DNA of 38,488 nt, from positions 1 to 38,488 of IMG/VR virus record IMGVR_UViG_3300022742_000002; one strand, 5' to 3'. The notes below the pieces were generated by a model that saw only the letters and a program-made list of their open reading frames with translations, was not told where the DNA came from and searched no databases. Below are positions 26,262 to 35,978 of this stretch, piece by piece; positions within the stretch are counted from its first letter, which is position 1; every line of letters begins with the position of its first letter. The position numbers and the translations under genes were made by a program. The DNA comes from a virus (Duplodnaviria > Caudoviricetes).

Positions 26262-28784
26262 TCAGTCTGTTCTAGTTATCTCTGATCCGTATAGCTTGGC
26301 ATCTCTAAATGCCTCATTATCTCTAAAGAATGAAAGAAGATCTTGAAGCTCTTCATTTTCTTTTTCTGTTATCACAGCCTTCTGCGCCTTCTTATTTAAC
26401 AATGCCGCTCTCAGGCCTTTGTGAACGCCTGTATTAGGTGTGCGGATTTTTTTCCACAAAGCTTCTGCTGTTATTATATCACCACGCTTAATTTCGAGCT
26501 TACATCTCAACCCAGCCCTGCTATCTCTGTGTGTTTGAGAAAATCTGCTATCAATCTCACTAAGAGTACTTGCCGCTTCCTCCAGTTCATCCATCTCGAT
26601 CTGGCAGTTTGCAAGATTTGCTAGCATCTCGAACTGTGGCTTTCTGCGTTCAGAAACCGCTATTTTAGCATAATTTAAAGCCTCTACTGGATTGCCCATC
26701 GCTTGTTCATAAGTCGAGCGTCTATGTTCGTAAAAACCATTCTCATCGACACGCCTAAGCACAGCCAAAGACTTAGCGGCTGCTGGCAAATCTCCTATAC
26801 GCATAGCAATCTGGCACTGAAGATCTACAACAAATTTATTATGCGGCGAAAGATTTTCAGCAATACTAATCTGAGCGCGGGCTTTTGGTAATTCGCCAAC
26901 TTCGAAATAGCAGCTGGCAAGCTCTCTATGTATCGGAACTCCTGATCGACCATACTCAAGGCTCTTTTCGTAGAATTTTATCGCATCGTCATGCTTCCTC
27001 ATTCTTCTAGCCATGAACCCACGAACATAAAATGCCTGCTTTATATGGCCTTGCTCCATTAAGGCTTCGATATGCTTCTTTGCATCTTCATATTTCTCCT
27101 TCCTAATTAACGCTTGAGCCACAAAACGCCGAACATCTACACTATCAGGCCTAGCCTGAAGCGCGAGAGCTCCTATATCAATAGATCTGTCATAATCTTG
27201 ATCATGATAAGATTGAATAGCAATTTCGATCAAATCACTGGCAAGAGAAACAGAAAACCGGGAGGTTGATCTTTTTCCAGCCAGTACAGATGCGCGAAAC
27301 AAGTTTTGCCCCAGTGCAAGCCGCGTATCATCGTCTTCGAAATTTGATAGATACTCTTCTAAAAGCGAAGCCACTTTTCCGTGGTCAAGATGAAGACCTC
27401 CAAATGCACGGTAGGCGGCTTGCCTCACCGGCTCTGAAATCCGGTAGTTTACTCCTTCTGGCACGACTAGCGCGAAATCTAAGAGGTACTGCATATCATT
27501 TGCTAGCTTCTCGGATGTAACACTACAATACTCCCTCATAACAGGCAAGGGAAGAGGACTATACATGGAAAGCAACTGGAGAATTTCTTGGGTTTTCCTC
27601 TTTATCTTATTATCATTCTTCAATCTTTTTAGAAAAATTTCTTCGCTAAATCGAGAAAGATCAGCTTTGCTCGCAGCAACATGTGCAGCTCCATAAATTT
27701 CCATCTCTTGGACAGCATATATGACTGCTGGTGGATATCCGCGAGAATACTCCGCTATATTCTCGGCCTCATCAGAACTGATGGGAATTTTCCGATCTCT
27801 GGCAAGCAACCTGACCAATCGGAGCCTTGCGCCCGGCAAAAGCTCTGCGACGCGAACTGAGGGAAGCGGACGCCCCTCGACTCCGCTAATTCTTCTATTG
27901 CTCACAATAGCCAAATCAACGGAAGGGTCTTTTCTCACAAAATCATACAAATCTCCGTAGTCAGACTTCAGAGAACCTTCATCTGTGACAATTGCGCCTT
28001 CATCATAGAAAATAGGCAGCGCCCGCCCATTACATATCTTCCTAAGACATTCAATTATTTCAGCCAAAAGGTCTGACTTTGGTCTTTTCCCAGCTTCATC
28101 AAGAAATTCGTTAAGGTTATCGACATGATCTCCCGTTAGTGAAGAGGTTAGCTTCAGAAGAACCTCAGGCAACTGATCGCCTTCCTTGAGACGAACCGGA
28201 TGCACCCTCTTTAAAGACAATCCATCTCTTGCCACAGCTTCAACGAGAGATTTTCTGCCAATTCCTGACAAGCCAAATACAACAAGAGGAGGCCTATCTT
28301 CAGGATTTGTAAAAGAAGTTATGACATCTAGAGCTTGATCAAATTCAGCATTTCTACCAATAAAATGTTGCGGCATATTTTCAGCCATTCTAGCATTGAT
28401 GGCCCTCCTAATGTCCGAAGCAACCAACATCGGAGACTGTTGTTTAGTTATTAAAGAACCCTTCATCCAACTTGGCAGCTTGTCAAGCTCAAGCTCAGGA
28501 TCTATAATAAATGCAAGAACTTGCCCAATATTTTGAGAAAATAGCGTTCTCTGAGCCTCTTCTATTTCGAATTTAACCCAGTCCCTTTGAAGGCTTTCTC
28601 TGCTTGCAAATAGCACAAATATTTCTGATTTCTCGATTCCCTTTAGTATCGCCTCTTTAAGGTCGTCTCCCGTAACAAATTCATACGCATCAAAGACCAC
28701 AGCAGCCCGACCAAGAAATTCGGCAACCTTGTTTACAAACGGTTTGTCGCTAGTTGCATGCGACAGGAATGCTCTTACAGCCAT
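26262..28784 (-). CDS. TIR - STAND NTPase - TPR protein (Avs/NLR-like anti-phage candidate), 840 aa
   Basis: AFLSHATSDK...FVLFAS...WVKFEI (TIR); HFIGRNAE, GLSGIGRKS, IFYDE and GYPPA (STAND); C-terminal TPRs. AT-rich. GGAGGT RBS before ATG 28784. Confidence 0.9.
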   Translation of the reverse strand: MAVRAFLSHATSDKPFVNKVAEFLGRAAVVFDAYEFVTGDDLKEAILKGIEKSEIFVLFASRESLQRDWVKFEIEEAQRTLFSQNIGQVLAFIIDPELELDKLPSWMKGSLITKQQSPMLVASDIRRAINARMAENMPQHFIGRNAEFDQALDVITSFTNPEDRPPLVVFGLSGIGRKSLVEAVARDGLSLKRVHPVRLKEGDQLPEVLLKLTSSLTGDHVDNLNEFLDEAGKRPKSDLLAEIIECLRKICNGRALPIFYDEGAIVTDEGSLKSDYGDLYDFVRKDPSVDLAIVSNRRISGVEGRPLPSVRVAELLPGARLRLVRLLARDRKIPISSDEAENIAEYSRGYPPAVIYAVQEMEIYGAAHVAASKADLSRFSEEIFLKRLKNDNKIKRKTQEILQLLSMYSPLPLPVMREYCSVTSEKLANDMQYLLDFALVVPEGVNYRISEPVRQAAYRAFGGLHLDHGKVASLLEEYLSNFEDDDTRLALGQNLFRASVLAGKRSTSRFSVSLASDLIEIAIQSYHDQDYDRSIDIGALALQARPDSVDVRRFVAQALIRKEKYEDAKKHIEALMEQGHIKQAFYVRGFMARRMRKHDDAIKFYEKSLEYGRSGVPIHRELASCYFEVGELPKARAQISIAENLSPHNKFVVDLQCQIAMRIGDLPAAAKSLAVLRRVDENGFYEHRRSTYEQAMGNPVEALNYAKIAVSERRKPQFEMLANLANCQIEMDELEEAASTLSEIDSRFSQTHRDSRAGLRCKLEIKRGDIITAEALWKKIRTPNTGVHKGLRAALLNKKAQKAVITEKENEELQDLLSFFRDNEAFRDAKLYGSEITRTD

Positions 28785-28957
28785 AGCCACCTCCAGCACC
28801 TTAGAAATATTAACATTGCATACATACGCATGAAGTCCATTTCCCAGTAGGGATACTACATAGCATTTTGCTGGAGCAAGCAATTGTGCGAACGCTGGAA
28901 GACGCGAAACCTATAACCTACGATCAAACTGTGATCATTGCATTGAACCATCAATTT

Positions 28958-29064
28958 GGCCACCGCGCCGGACACATAGCATTCGGATCAACGACCAATG
29001 GCGCATCGTCTTCGTCTGGCGCGATGGCGGCGCGCACGAGGTCGAAATCGTCGATTACCACTGA
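28958..29064 (+). pseudogene. higB: HigB (RelE-family) toxin, C-terminal remnant
   Basis: HSIRINDQWRIVFVWRDGGAHEVEIVDYH* is the HigB C-terminus. The preceding GHRAG is in another frame, and there is no start codon after the in-frame TAG at 28861. Confidence 0.85.
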
Positions 29065-29088
29065 CCGGCCGACGCCAAGGAGGGCGCC

Positions 29089-29376
29089 ATGCGGATCAAG
29101 ACCCACCCCGGCGAGGTTCTGCGCGAAGAGTTCCTCGTCCCGCTCGATCTCTCGGCCCATGCTCTGGCCCTGGCTCTGCGCGTGCCGGCGACCCGCATCG
29201 GGGAAATCGTCAACGAACGGCGCGGCATCACCGCCGACACCGCCTTGCGGCTGGCGCGCTATTTCGGCACCACGCCGGAATTCTGGCTGAACCTTCAGAT
29301 GGCGCATGACCTGTCCGCCACCGCCGCCGACCATGGCGAGGAAATCCAGCGCAGCATCGCCCCCCGCGCCGCCTGA
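29089..29376 (+). CDS. higA: HigA family antitoxin (XRE HTH)
   Basis: HPGEVLREEFL...RGITADTALRLARYFGTTPEFWLNLQ; AAGGAGG RBS. Confidence 0.95.
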   Translation: MRIKTHPGEVLREEFLVPLDLSAHALALALRVPATRIGEIVNERRGITADTALRLARYFGTTPEFWLNLQMAHDLSATAADHGEEIQRSIAPRAA

Positions 29377-29411
29377 CCGGGCCGACGGGAGGCTACGCCT
29401 TTGCGGTGGGA

Positions 29412-32336
29412 TCAGGCGAACTCCACCTCCGGGACTGGCACCGCAGCGGAGGCACCATCCGCGCGTTGGCGGTTCAGCTCCAGCAGTCGCTTGAGCGCCT
29501 CGTCGTCGGAAAGGTCCGCCGGCCAGCCGTAAGCCGCCGCCACCGCCGCATCGAGGTCACGATGCGCGTTCGCCAACCAGGCCGGGCGTTCGTTGTAGAG
29601 GTTGGTCAGCGTCCGCTTCTTCAGAATTGCCGCCGCCTGGGCGTCCTTGGGCATGATGCGATCGGGGAAACCGGGCACGATTTCCCCAACCCGCGTCACC
29701 TGATCGGCCGGGTTGAGCCAGTTCTCGCGCAGCCCGTTCAAGCGACGGGCGGCTGCCGAAATCGCCAGGGCGCGGGGATCGTTCTCATAGGCCGATGCCG
29801 GACGATCCGGGGTCAGCCCATCGGGAAACGGAAAGGTCCGGAACGTCGTCGACGACGTGTATCTTGGCCGATCCTCCAGGCTCGTCCCCAGCCGAAGCGC
29901 CCAAGCCGCGTGAAAGCGGCTGTGCAGGATGCCGAACGTCACATCGTCATCCCGCGCGATCACGACCAGGTTCTTGTCGATGACGGTTGCCGGATCGCAC
30001 CAGACGAAGACACGGTGCTTGGACACTTCCGGGGTGACGATGAAGCGCTCCAGCGTCCGGATCGCCCCGCGCAGGCCAGGAGCGCACTCGTTGAACTGCC
30101 ACCACAGGCGCCGCCGCCGTTCCCGGTTCACCAGCAGACGGGCCGGGCGGACATGCTCCTCGATGTGACGGAACGGGGCCTCATAGAGTGCGGCGTCCTC
30201 TTCGCGCATGTCCCCGAAATCGACGATCCAGCGGTCCCGGATCCGGCCGGTCACGTCGTCGCCGTTGCGGAGCGGGCGGACGACGTCGGCGTTCGGGCGT
30301 CCGTTGGGGTTCAGCGGCAGGGTGAGCCAGTGTCGCGCCAGTTCGCCGTCCACATCGAAGGCTCCCCCCTTCGTGATGCCTTGCAAGGCGACGCCCAGGT
30401 TTTCAGCGAGCGGCTTGGCCTGGGTCAGGTCCGCCATGCCTGCCGTCAGATCGGCGTGGATACGGGACACCGGGTGCCCATCCAGAACCGGGCGCTCCTC
30501 CAGTGCCCTTGCTCCGAAGCACACCAGAGACACACGCACGGCCGCGCCATCGAGGACCCAGGGCTCGTCGGACCACGCCTCGATGATGTCGCCCTGTTCA
30601 AGGATGCGATCCAGCACGACACGGTTTGCGCCGTTGCGAATGGAGTTGGTGGCGACAAGCCCGGCTCGCCGCTCCGTGCCACCCGCCCTTGCGTCGTCGT
30701 CGAGCGACCACGCGCGAGCCTTCTCGAACCAGTAGCACACCAGATCGGCGCCGCCGGGAACACGGCCCTGGTACAGTCCGCGCAGGCGGGTCACGTAATC
30801 GTCGCCCAACCGGTCCCGCATCATCTTGTCCCCCAGGAACGGGGGGTTGCCGACGATCACGTCGGCCGCCGGCCATTCCGGCTCGCTGCCGTCCGGCGCC
30901 AGCACCGCGTCCTGGATGCGGATGTTGTCCAGGGTCCGCAGGATCGGATCCTGGTTGATGCCAAAGCCGTTGCGCTGCATCCACTGGATGTTTCCGATCC
31001 AGACCGACACCCGCGCCAGCTCGGCGGCGTAGGGGTTGATTTCCAGGCCGAGGACAGCCTCGGGCCCGACCTGGGGGAATTCCCGCTGGAGGCCCATCGC
31101 CTCGGCCTCGATGCCGACGCGGTGCTCCAAATCCTTGAGGACGATCAGGCCGAGATAGAGAAAGTTTCCGCTGCCGCAGGCGGGATCCAGCAGACGGAAT
31201 TGCCGCAGGCGGTTCAGGAAGGTACGGAGGATGCGCTCGGCCTCGTTGTGCGCCTTATTCCGCGCCGACAGCGAGCCCGCCTTGGCTGCCCGGGTCTGGG
31301 CGGCGGCGATGCGCTCCTTCTCAACCTCCCATTCTCGTAGCAGGGGCTGCTCGACCACCGGCTTGACGATCATGCGGATCTTGTCCGCGTCGGTGTAGTG
31401 GGCGCCGAGCTGACTGCGCTTGTCGGGATCGAGGCCGCCCTCGAACAGGGTGCCGAAGACACTGGGGTCGATGCCGGACCAATCCAGGCGGGCAGCTTCC
31501 CCCAGCCCGGCAATCTCGGCAGCGGTGAGGGGGATAGCCCGGTCATCCTTGAACAGGCCGCCATTGAACCAGCGCACCGTCTCCCACCCGGCCGAACCGC
31601 CCGACCGCATGGCGGCGAACAACTCGCGCGTCATGGCTACAAAACGCTGTGGCTCACCGACCGCGACGTCCAGCATGCGGCTGAACAGCTTGTTGGGCAG
31701 CAGGTCGCAATCCTCGGCGAACATGCAGAAGATCAGGCGGTTGATGAACTGGGCGACGGCCATCGGCTCGTGGCCGCGCGCCCTTAGCGCCTGGGCCAAC
31801 GTGGCGAAGCGCCGGGCGGCGTCGCGGGTCAGCGCCTCGCGGGTCAGGCCGGGCTTCAACTTGTCGGGCTGGGCGAATGCCCATTTCAGCGTCTGGAGAG
31901 CCTGGGGATCCGCCAGATCGTCGAGCGTCAGGTCGATCCGCCGGCTGACCGTGTTGGTCCAGTTCGTATGGATGCGGAACCGGTCCATGTCGGACACGAT
32001 CAGCAGAGGCGGATTTTCGAGGGCAAGGGCGTAGCGCTGGAGCTGCTCGAAGGCCGCATCCAGATCCTTGCGCTTGCCCTTGTACTCCCAGCCGAAATGC
32101 TCACGCTTCCAGACGTCGGCCCAGCCCTCGCCCCCGCTGGTCTTGGTGGCGCCGCGCTCGAAGCAGTACCACGCGCCCTTGGGATCGGCGTCGGTGGGCG
32201 TCTTTTCGCCCAGAAGCTGACAGAGGTCGATGAAGTGCGACTGCGCGGCCGAACGCTCCTTCAGCTCGACAGCCTTCCATTTCCGGATGAACTCGACGGC
32301 GTGGTTCGAAGGAGGCACAGCTGATAATGCGTGCAT
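29412..32336 (-). CDS. MmeI-like type IIL/IIG restriction-modification enzyme (fused nuclease and adenine methyltransferase)
   Basis: N-terminal ADVW...WEYK (PD-(D/E)xK-like), LGAHYT, LDPACGSGNFL, GNPPF and a C-terminal recognition region (RPRYT, AHRDLDAAVAAAYGW). Confidence 0.9.
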   Translation of the reverse strand: MHALSAVPPSNHAVEFIRKWKAVELKERSAAQSHFIDLCQLLGEKTPTDADPKGAWYCFERGATKTSGGEGWADVWKREHFGWEYKGKRKDLDAAFEQLQRYALALENPPLLIVSDMDRFRIHTNWTNTVSRRIDLTLDDLADPQALQTLKWAFAQPDKLKPGLTREALTRDAARRFATLAQALRARGHEPMAVAQFINRLIFCMFAEDCDLLPNKLFSRMLDVAVGEPQRFVAMTRELFAAMRSGGSAGWETVRWFNGGLFKDDRAIPLTAAEIAGLGEAARLDWSGIDPSVFGTLFEGGLDPDKRSQLGAHYTDADKIRMIVKPVVEQPLLREWEVEKERIAAAQTRAAKAGSLSARNKAHNEAERILRTFLNRLRQFRLLDPACGSGNFLYLGLIVLKDLEHRVGIEAEAMGLQREFPQVGPEAVLGLEINPYAAELARVSVWIGNIQWMQRNGFGINQDPILRTLDNIRIQDAVLAPDGSEPEWPAADVIVGNPPFLGDKMMRDRLGDDYVTRLRGLYQGRVPGGADLVCYWFEKARAWSLDDDARAGGTERRAGLVATNSIRNGANRVVLDRILEQGDIIEAWSDEPWVLDGAAVRVSLVCFGARALEERPVLDGHPVSRIHADLTAGMADLTQAKPLAENLGVALQGITKGGAFDVDGELARHWLTLPLNPNGRPNADVVRPLRNGDDVTGRIRDRWIVDFGDMREEDAALYEAPFRHIEEHVRPARLLVNRERRRRLWWQFNECAPGLRGAIRTLERFIVTPEVSKHRVFVWCDPATVIDKNLVVIARDDDVTFGILHSRFHAAWALRLGTSLEDRPRYTSSTTFRTFPFPDGLTPDRPASAYENDPRALAISAAARRLNGLRENWLNPADQVTRVGEIVPGFPDRIMPKDAQAAAILKKRTLTNLYNERPAWLANAHRDLDAAVAAAYGWPADLSDDEALKRLLELNRQRADGASAAVPVPEVEFA

Positions 32337-32432
32337 TTCACACCCTTGCGCTCAACTTTTCCCCGGAATTTATAGGGGAGTTCCGGCGCATGTCATCGCG
32401 AACAGTTGTGAACGATACGAATGGCACACCCT

Positions 32433-32714
32433 TTAGTATTTTCTACACCGATAACAACCTCCGTTTCGCTGTGCATTCTCCAGAATTATCAATTCATTCG
32501 TCGTTAGCAGGCGTTCGTCGACACGGTGCAAGGCTCCGGCTCGGTAGACCTTTCTACCCGCCAACCGCAGTGCCCTCACCGCGCGGTAAAGCCGCTCGTC
32601 CTCACGCTGGACACCGGCCGGCCTGTGGCGCGCGGTGTAGGGCGGATCGCCAAGATCCAGGCTGAACTGCCGGTCGGGCCGGCGGCGGGACAGGGTGCCG
32701 GGCTGGACGGGCAT
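32433..32714 (-). CDS. Hypothetical protein downstream of the replication gene
   Basis: 93 aa starting 3 nt after the rep stop; the 3' end runs into lower-GC sequence. Confidence 0.6.
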   Translation of the reverse strand: MPVQPGTLSRRRPDRQFSLDLGDPPYTARHRPAGVQREDERLYRAVRALRLAGRKVYRAGALHRVDERLLTTNELIILENAQRNGGCYRCRKY

Positions 32715-32717
32715 GGC

Positions 32718-33584
32718 TCAGGCCCTCCCCTCGATCAGACGGAAGGCCGAATCGGCGGCAACCGGCGGAACGACGACAGTGATGTCCACCGCCTCGACAT
32801 GGAACAGCCGCAGCAGCTCCAGCTCATAAGCCGCCCGAATCCGGTCGGCGACGCAGCGATTCGGCGCGGTGAGGGTCAGCCTACGATCCCCGGATAGCCC
32901 AAGCCTGCATCCCCGGAACCACGTCGCATGCTGGACGGCACCGATCCGGCGGGCGATTCGGGAGTGGCCGTCGCGCTCGATGTCGGCGGCTGATGGCGGC
33001 GGGCTGGTGCCGGCGCTCGCGTGTGGGCTCGCGCGCGGGGGTTCACGGGTTTTATCACAGGGTTTGGCCGACACCGGTGTCGGGCGATGAAGGCCGGTTC
33101 CGGCGGGCGTTCCGGGGGCGGTTGGCGGGCGTTCGGCACTTTGGCCGACTCCCGTGTCGCCGACACCGCTGTCGGGTGATGGATCGTCGGACGGATCGGG
33201 GGCGTCGCCGGCCGGGCCGTCCTCGCGCTCCAGCCAGTCCAGGCACAGGCGCATGCGGGTGGGCTGGCCCCGGCCGCCGGCGCGGTTGCGGACGATGACG
33301 CCGGCGGCCAGCAGCGCGCTGCGCGCCCGCTCCACATCGCGGGTGGACAGGGCGCAGAGACGCGCCACCGCCTCCACCCCGGTCCAGGTCAGCAGCAGGC
33401 CCAGCGCCTCGAACATCTGGCGGTTGACGCGCTCCAGCATCACCAGGGCGACCAGCTTGTCGCGCGGCTTCAGCGCCGGGCAGGCCAGAACGGCGCAGCG
33501 GAAGCGGCCGACGGTCTCGCGGAAGGCGACTTGCGGTTTGGCGACGGGGGTTGCGGGGGTGGTCAAGGCAGATGGCGAGGACAT
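32718..33584 (-). CDS. Phage replication initiator with a C-terminal DnaA N-terminal-like domain
   Basis: GGAGGT RBS before ATG 33584; HTH (VEAVARLCALSTRDVERARSAL), Pro-rich linker, C-terminal ATWF...LTLTAPNRCVADRIRAAY. Confidence 0.75.
   Translation of the reverse strand: MSSPSALTTPATPVAKPQVAFRETVGRFRCAVLACPALKPRDKLVALVMLERVNRQMFEALGLLLTWTGVEAVARLCALSTRDVERARSALLAAGVIVRNRAGGRGQPTRMRLCLDWLEREDGPAGDAPDPSDDPSPDSGVGDTGVGQSAERPPTAPGTPAGTGLHRPTPVSAKPCDKTREPPRASPHASAGTSPPPSAADIERDGHSRIARRIGAVQHATWFRGCRLGLSGDRRLTLTAPNRCVADRIRAAYELELLRLFHVEAVDITVVVPPVAADSAFRLIEGRA
33068..33175. repeat. Three 16-bp quasi-palindromic iterons inside rep (putative origin)
   Basis: CCGACACCGGTGTCGG (33068-33083), CCGACTCCCGTGTCGC (33145-33160), CCGACACCGCTGTCGG (33160-33175). 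Confidence 0.7.
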
Positions 33585-33826
33585 GGGGGGCACCTCCCCG
33601 GCGGCGCGGCGGCCGGCCGGTGGTAATGCGGCTCCCTGCGGGCGCACGACTCCGTGGCTGCAAGGAACAGCGGATTTTAATCCTGATTTCTGATACCCTC
33701 CGGACACGCATCGCCGCGTTCCCGCCGTGGGCACGGCAGGGGCATGGGGCATTGGCGATGATTGCGGTCCTAGCGGGGCGGCCTCGGCGGGGCCGTCCCG
33801 TCTCAGGGCGGGGCGCGCGGATTCAC

Positions 33827-34019
33827 GGCAAGGCTCCGGCGTTCACCGCCGCGCGGGCGCGCAACGGTGGGGACAGGACGGGTGCGGCGCGGCCACCGGC
33901 AAGGGCGGACGCTGGGCACCGGATGACGGGGGCTTACGGGGAGAAGCCGGCGCCGGTCAGGGCGGCGCGCGTGGCGATGCCATCTGGCAAAGCTCCAGGG
34001 TTCACCGGCGCGGGGGCGC
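33827..34019. repeat. Imperfect 34-bp direct repeat
   Basis: 33827-33860 and 33986-34019 match at 29 of 34 positions. Confidence 0.65.
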
Positions 34020-34258
34020 CCGGCGTCAGGGGGTGAAGACGCGCATCGCTTCCGGCCGTCTGGCGGCCGAAAGCGGCGCGGTCTTCAAAGTCGATGGGGG
34101 CGGCTGACTGGCGACCGTCGAGCGGACGCACGGCGGGCCGCGCGCCATGGCGCAGCCGGCGCGATGGCGGGTCAACGGGCGGGCCTCTCGGTGGAAGCCG
34201 TTGGTTTTCTGGATAGATCTGGGATCCGAAGATGAGCTGGCTGTCGGGCGGCGCCCGA

Positions 34259-34504
34259 TCATGCGGATCCCCGCTGCGGGGATGCCGGCCGCAAGCCATG
34301 CAGGCGGTCGGTGGCGCGCTGCATCAGCGCCAGCAGCTTGGCCGCGTCGTCGTCGGGCAGATCGGCGAGGGAGTCGCAGTGGCAGAGCGTCCGCACCAGG
34401 CGGTCGACGCTGCACCATGTCACGGCGGCGGCGGCCTCGAAGGCTGGCCAGGCGGCCAGGACGGCGCGCTGCGCGTCGGTGAGGGCCGGGTCAGCGGGGG
34501 GCAT
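34259..34504 (-). CDS. Hypothetical phage protein
   Basis: 81 aa MPPADPALTDAQRAVLAAWP..., helical, host-like codon usage; start uncertain. Confidence 0.55.
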   Translation of the reverse strand: MPPADPALTDAQRAVLAAWPAFEAAAAVTWCSVDRLVRTLCHCDSLADLPDDDAAKLLALMQRATDRLHGLRPASPQRGSA

Positions 34505-34783
34505 AACCGGCCCCAGGCAGGGAAAGCGGCCGGAGTCGGATGGCGACTCCGGTCGCGGCTGCTCCGCCGGTACGGACAAGGAACCCGGCGGATCGGTGGC
34601 TGTGGCGGCGGCTGGCCGGACTCGGGACGCTCCCGATTGACCGGGCCGGGCGGCCGGCGCCTGATTCGGCGATGGGACAGAGTCGCGCCCAAGCCGGAGC
34701 TTCGGGGTTGCGCAGTCGCTCAGTGCGAGCGATGCTTCCCGCCGAAACAACCGAGGGTGTGGGGCCTTGCCGGATCTCCCTGT

Positions 34784-35065
34784 TCATGTCCGCCTCTTTT
34801 TGCGCGGCCTTCCCAGGATCGGCGCGCAAAGGCCGCTGCTGGCCAGCGCGACGGGATCGGTCATGAAATCGTGGGGAATCACCGCTTCCATGGCCCGCAG
34901 GGTCGTGGCGGTGGGGTTGCCTTCCTGGCGGAGTACGTCACGCACGGTGCTGGGCGGCACGGCGGCGGCTCGGCCGAATGACTCCGCACTCCAGCCCTGA
35001 TGCCGGGCGAAGGCGCAGATCCGATGAATCGAGGCATCGATGTGCATGACGTGCTTCATGCCCAT
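34784..35065 (-). CDS. Cro-like HTH regulator
   Basis: WSAESFGRAAAVPPSTVRDVL...NPTATTLRAME; divergent from the repressor. Start may be 35059. Confidence 0.8.
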   Translation of the reverse strand: MGMKHVMHIDASIHRICAFARHQGWSAESFGRAAAVPPSTVRDVLRQEGNPTATTLRAMEAVIPHDFMTDPVALASSGLCAPILGRPRKKRRT

Positions 35066-35066
35066 C

Positions 35067-35095
35067 AGGATTCAACGCTATACCGTGGATGTCAA
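35067..35095 (-). promoter_or_regulatory. Putative early lytic promoter with an embedded operator
   Basis: TTGACA-17 nt-AATCCT on the minus strand; the spacer contains the CGCTATACCGTG motif (35076-35087). Confidence 0.6.
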
Positions 35096-35176
35096 GGGGG
35101 CTCATCAGTGCTGCACGAGATAGATTCATCGGCACAGCGTTCTCGCGCTTTTGCACGGGGTCCGCATAATGCCGGC

Positions 35177-35521
35177 ATGCACACGCCGTCCAAGACCGAC
35201 ATCGCCGCAGCACTCAATCGTGTTCTTCAGACGCACAAGGAGCGTCTGCGGTCCAAGAACCATTGGGCCGGCCTGTCGAAGCTGCCAGCCACAACGGTCC
35301 TGGACGCGTTCAATGGCGCGAACAGCACCATCGACACCCTGACCAAGCTTGCGGAAGGCGCCGGCCTGTCGCTGGCCGAGCTGCTGGCCTATGGCGATCC
35401 CGATTGGGAAATGCAGGTGAAGACCCGCCGGACCTTCCGCTCATGGTCTACCGAGGATTTCGATGCCCTGATCCGGGTTCTTGAGCGGCGCAGCGAGCCT
35501 CGCGACTGCGCCTCATCCTGA
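35177..35521 (+). CDS. CI-like XRE repressor without a peptidase domain
   Basis: 114 aa from ATG 35177; SKNHWAGLSKLPATTV...NSTIDTLTKLAEGAGLSLAELL HTH; divergent from the cro-like gene. Confidence 0.75.
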   Translation: MHTPSKTDIAAALNRVLQTHKERLRSKNHWAGLSKLPATTVLDAFNGANSTIDTLTKLAEGAGLSLAELLAYGDPDWEMQVKTRRTFRSWSTEDFDALIRVLERRSEPRDCASS

Positions 35522-35978
35522 TCCAGCGATCGATCAGCGGCAGGATCTTGTCCGCGCCCTCGCGGCGGCACAGCTGCATCACCAGCTCGACCGCGCGATC
35601 CTCGCGCGCCTTGCGATGCGATAAGTCTTCGGTCTTTTCGTTCTTCGGTGTGTTCGGCACCGCCAACCCCCCATAAATCAACACTCTACCGGGGCCGGCC
35701 CCGGTAGGCGGACAGGTGTGCGGCTGGGCACGGGTGCGCGCCCCGGCTCAGCACGGCTCATCGATGCGGTTGGCAGCCGCGTGGGTGGGGAGATGGCGTC
35801 TCCCTGCCTCCGCCCTCCTGGATGGGAAGGCGCGAGGCCGCGGCATCCTATGGCACCGCCCCGCCTGGGCAAAAGAAATAGTTGCATCGTTTCTCAACCA
35901 GTTTCCACAAGTTGCGAGATGGCGGTCGGCGGCGAAGGCGATCCCGCCGGGTGGCGCCCGGCGAGGCTTCAGAATGGT

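Noticed and set aside
28868-29290. 140-aa ORF as an intact toxin upstream of higA
   Set aside because: The HigB-like residues are in a different frame; this ORF overlaps higA out of frame and has no motif.
29406-31340. 644-aa plus-strand ORF
   Set aside because: Shadow of the MmeI-like gene on the opposite strand.
34491-35684. ORFs 34491-34787 (-) and 35448-35684 (-)
   Set aside because: Possibly real (the first is ATGA-coupled to the cro-like gene), but neither has a recognisable motif and the second overlaps the repressor 3' end; too weak to call.
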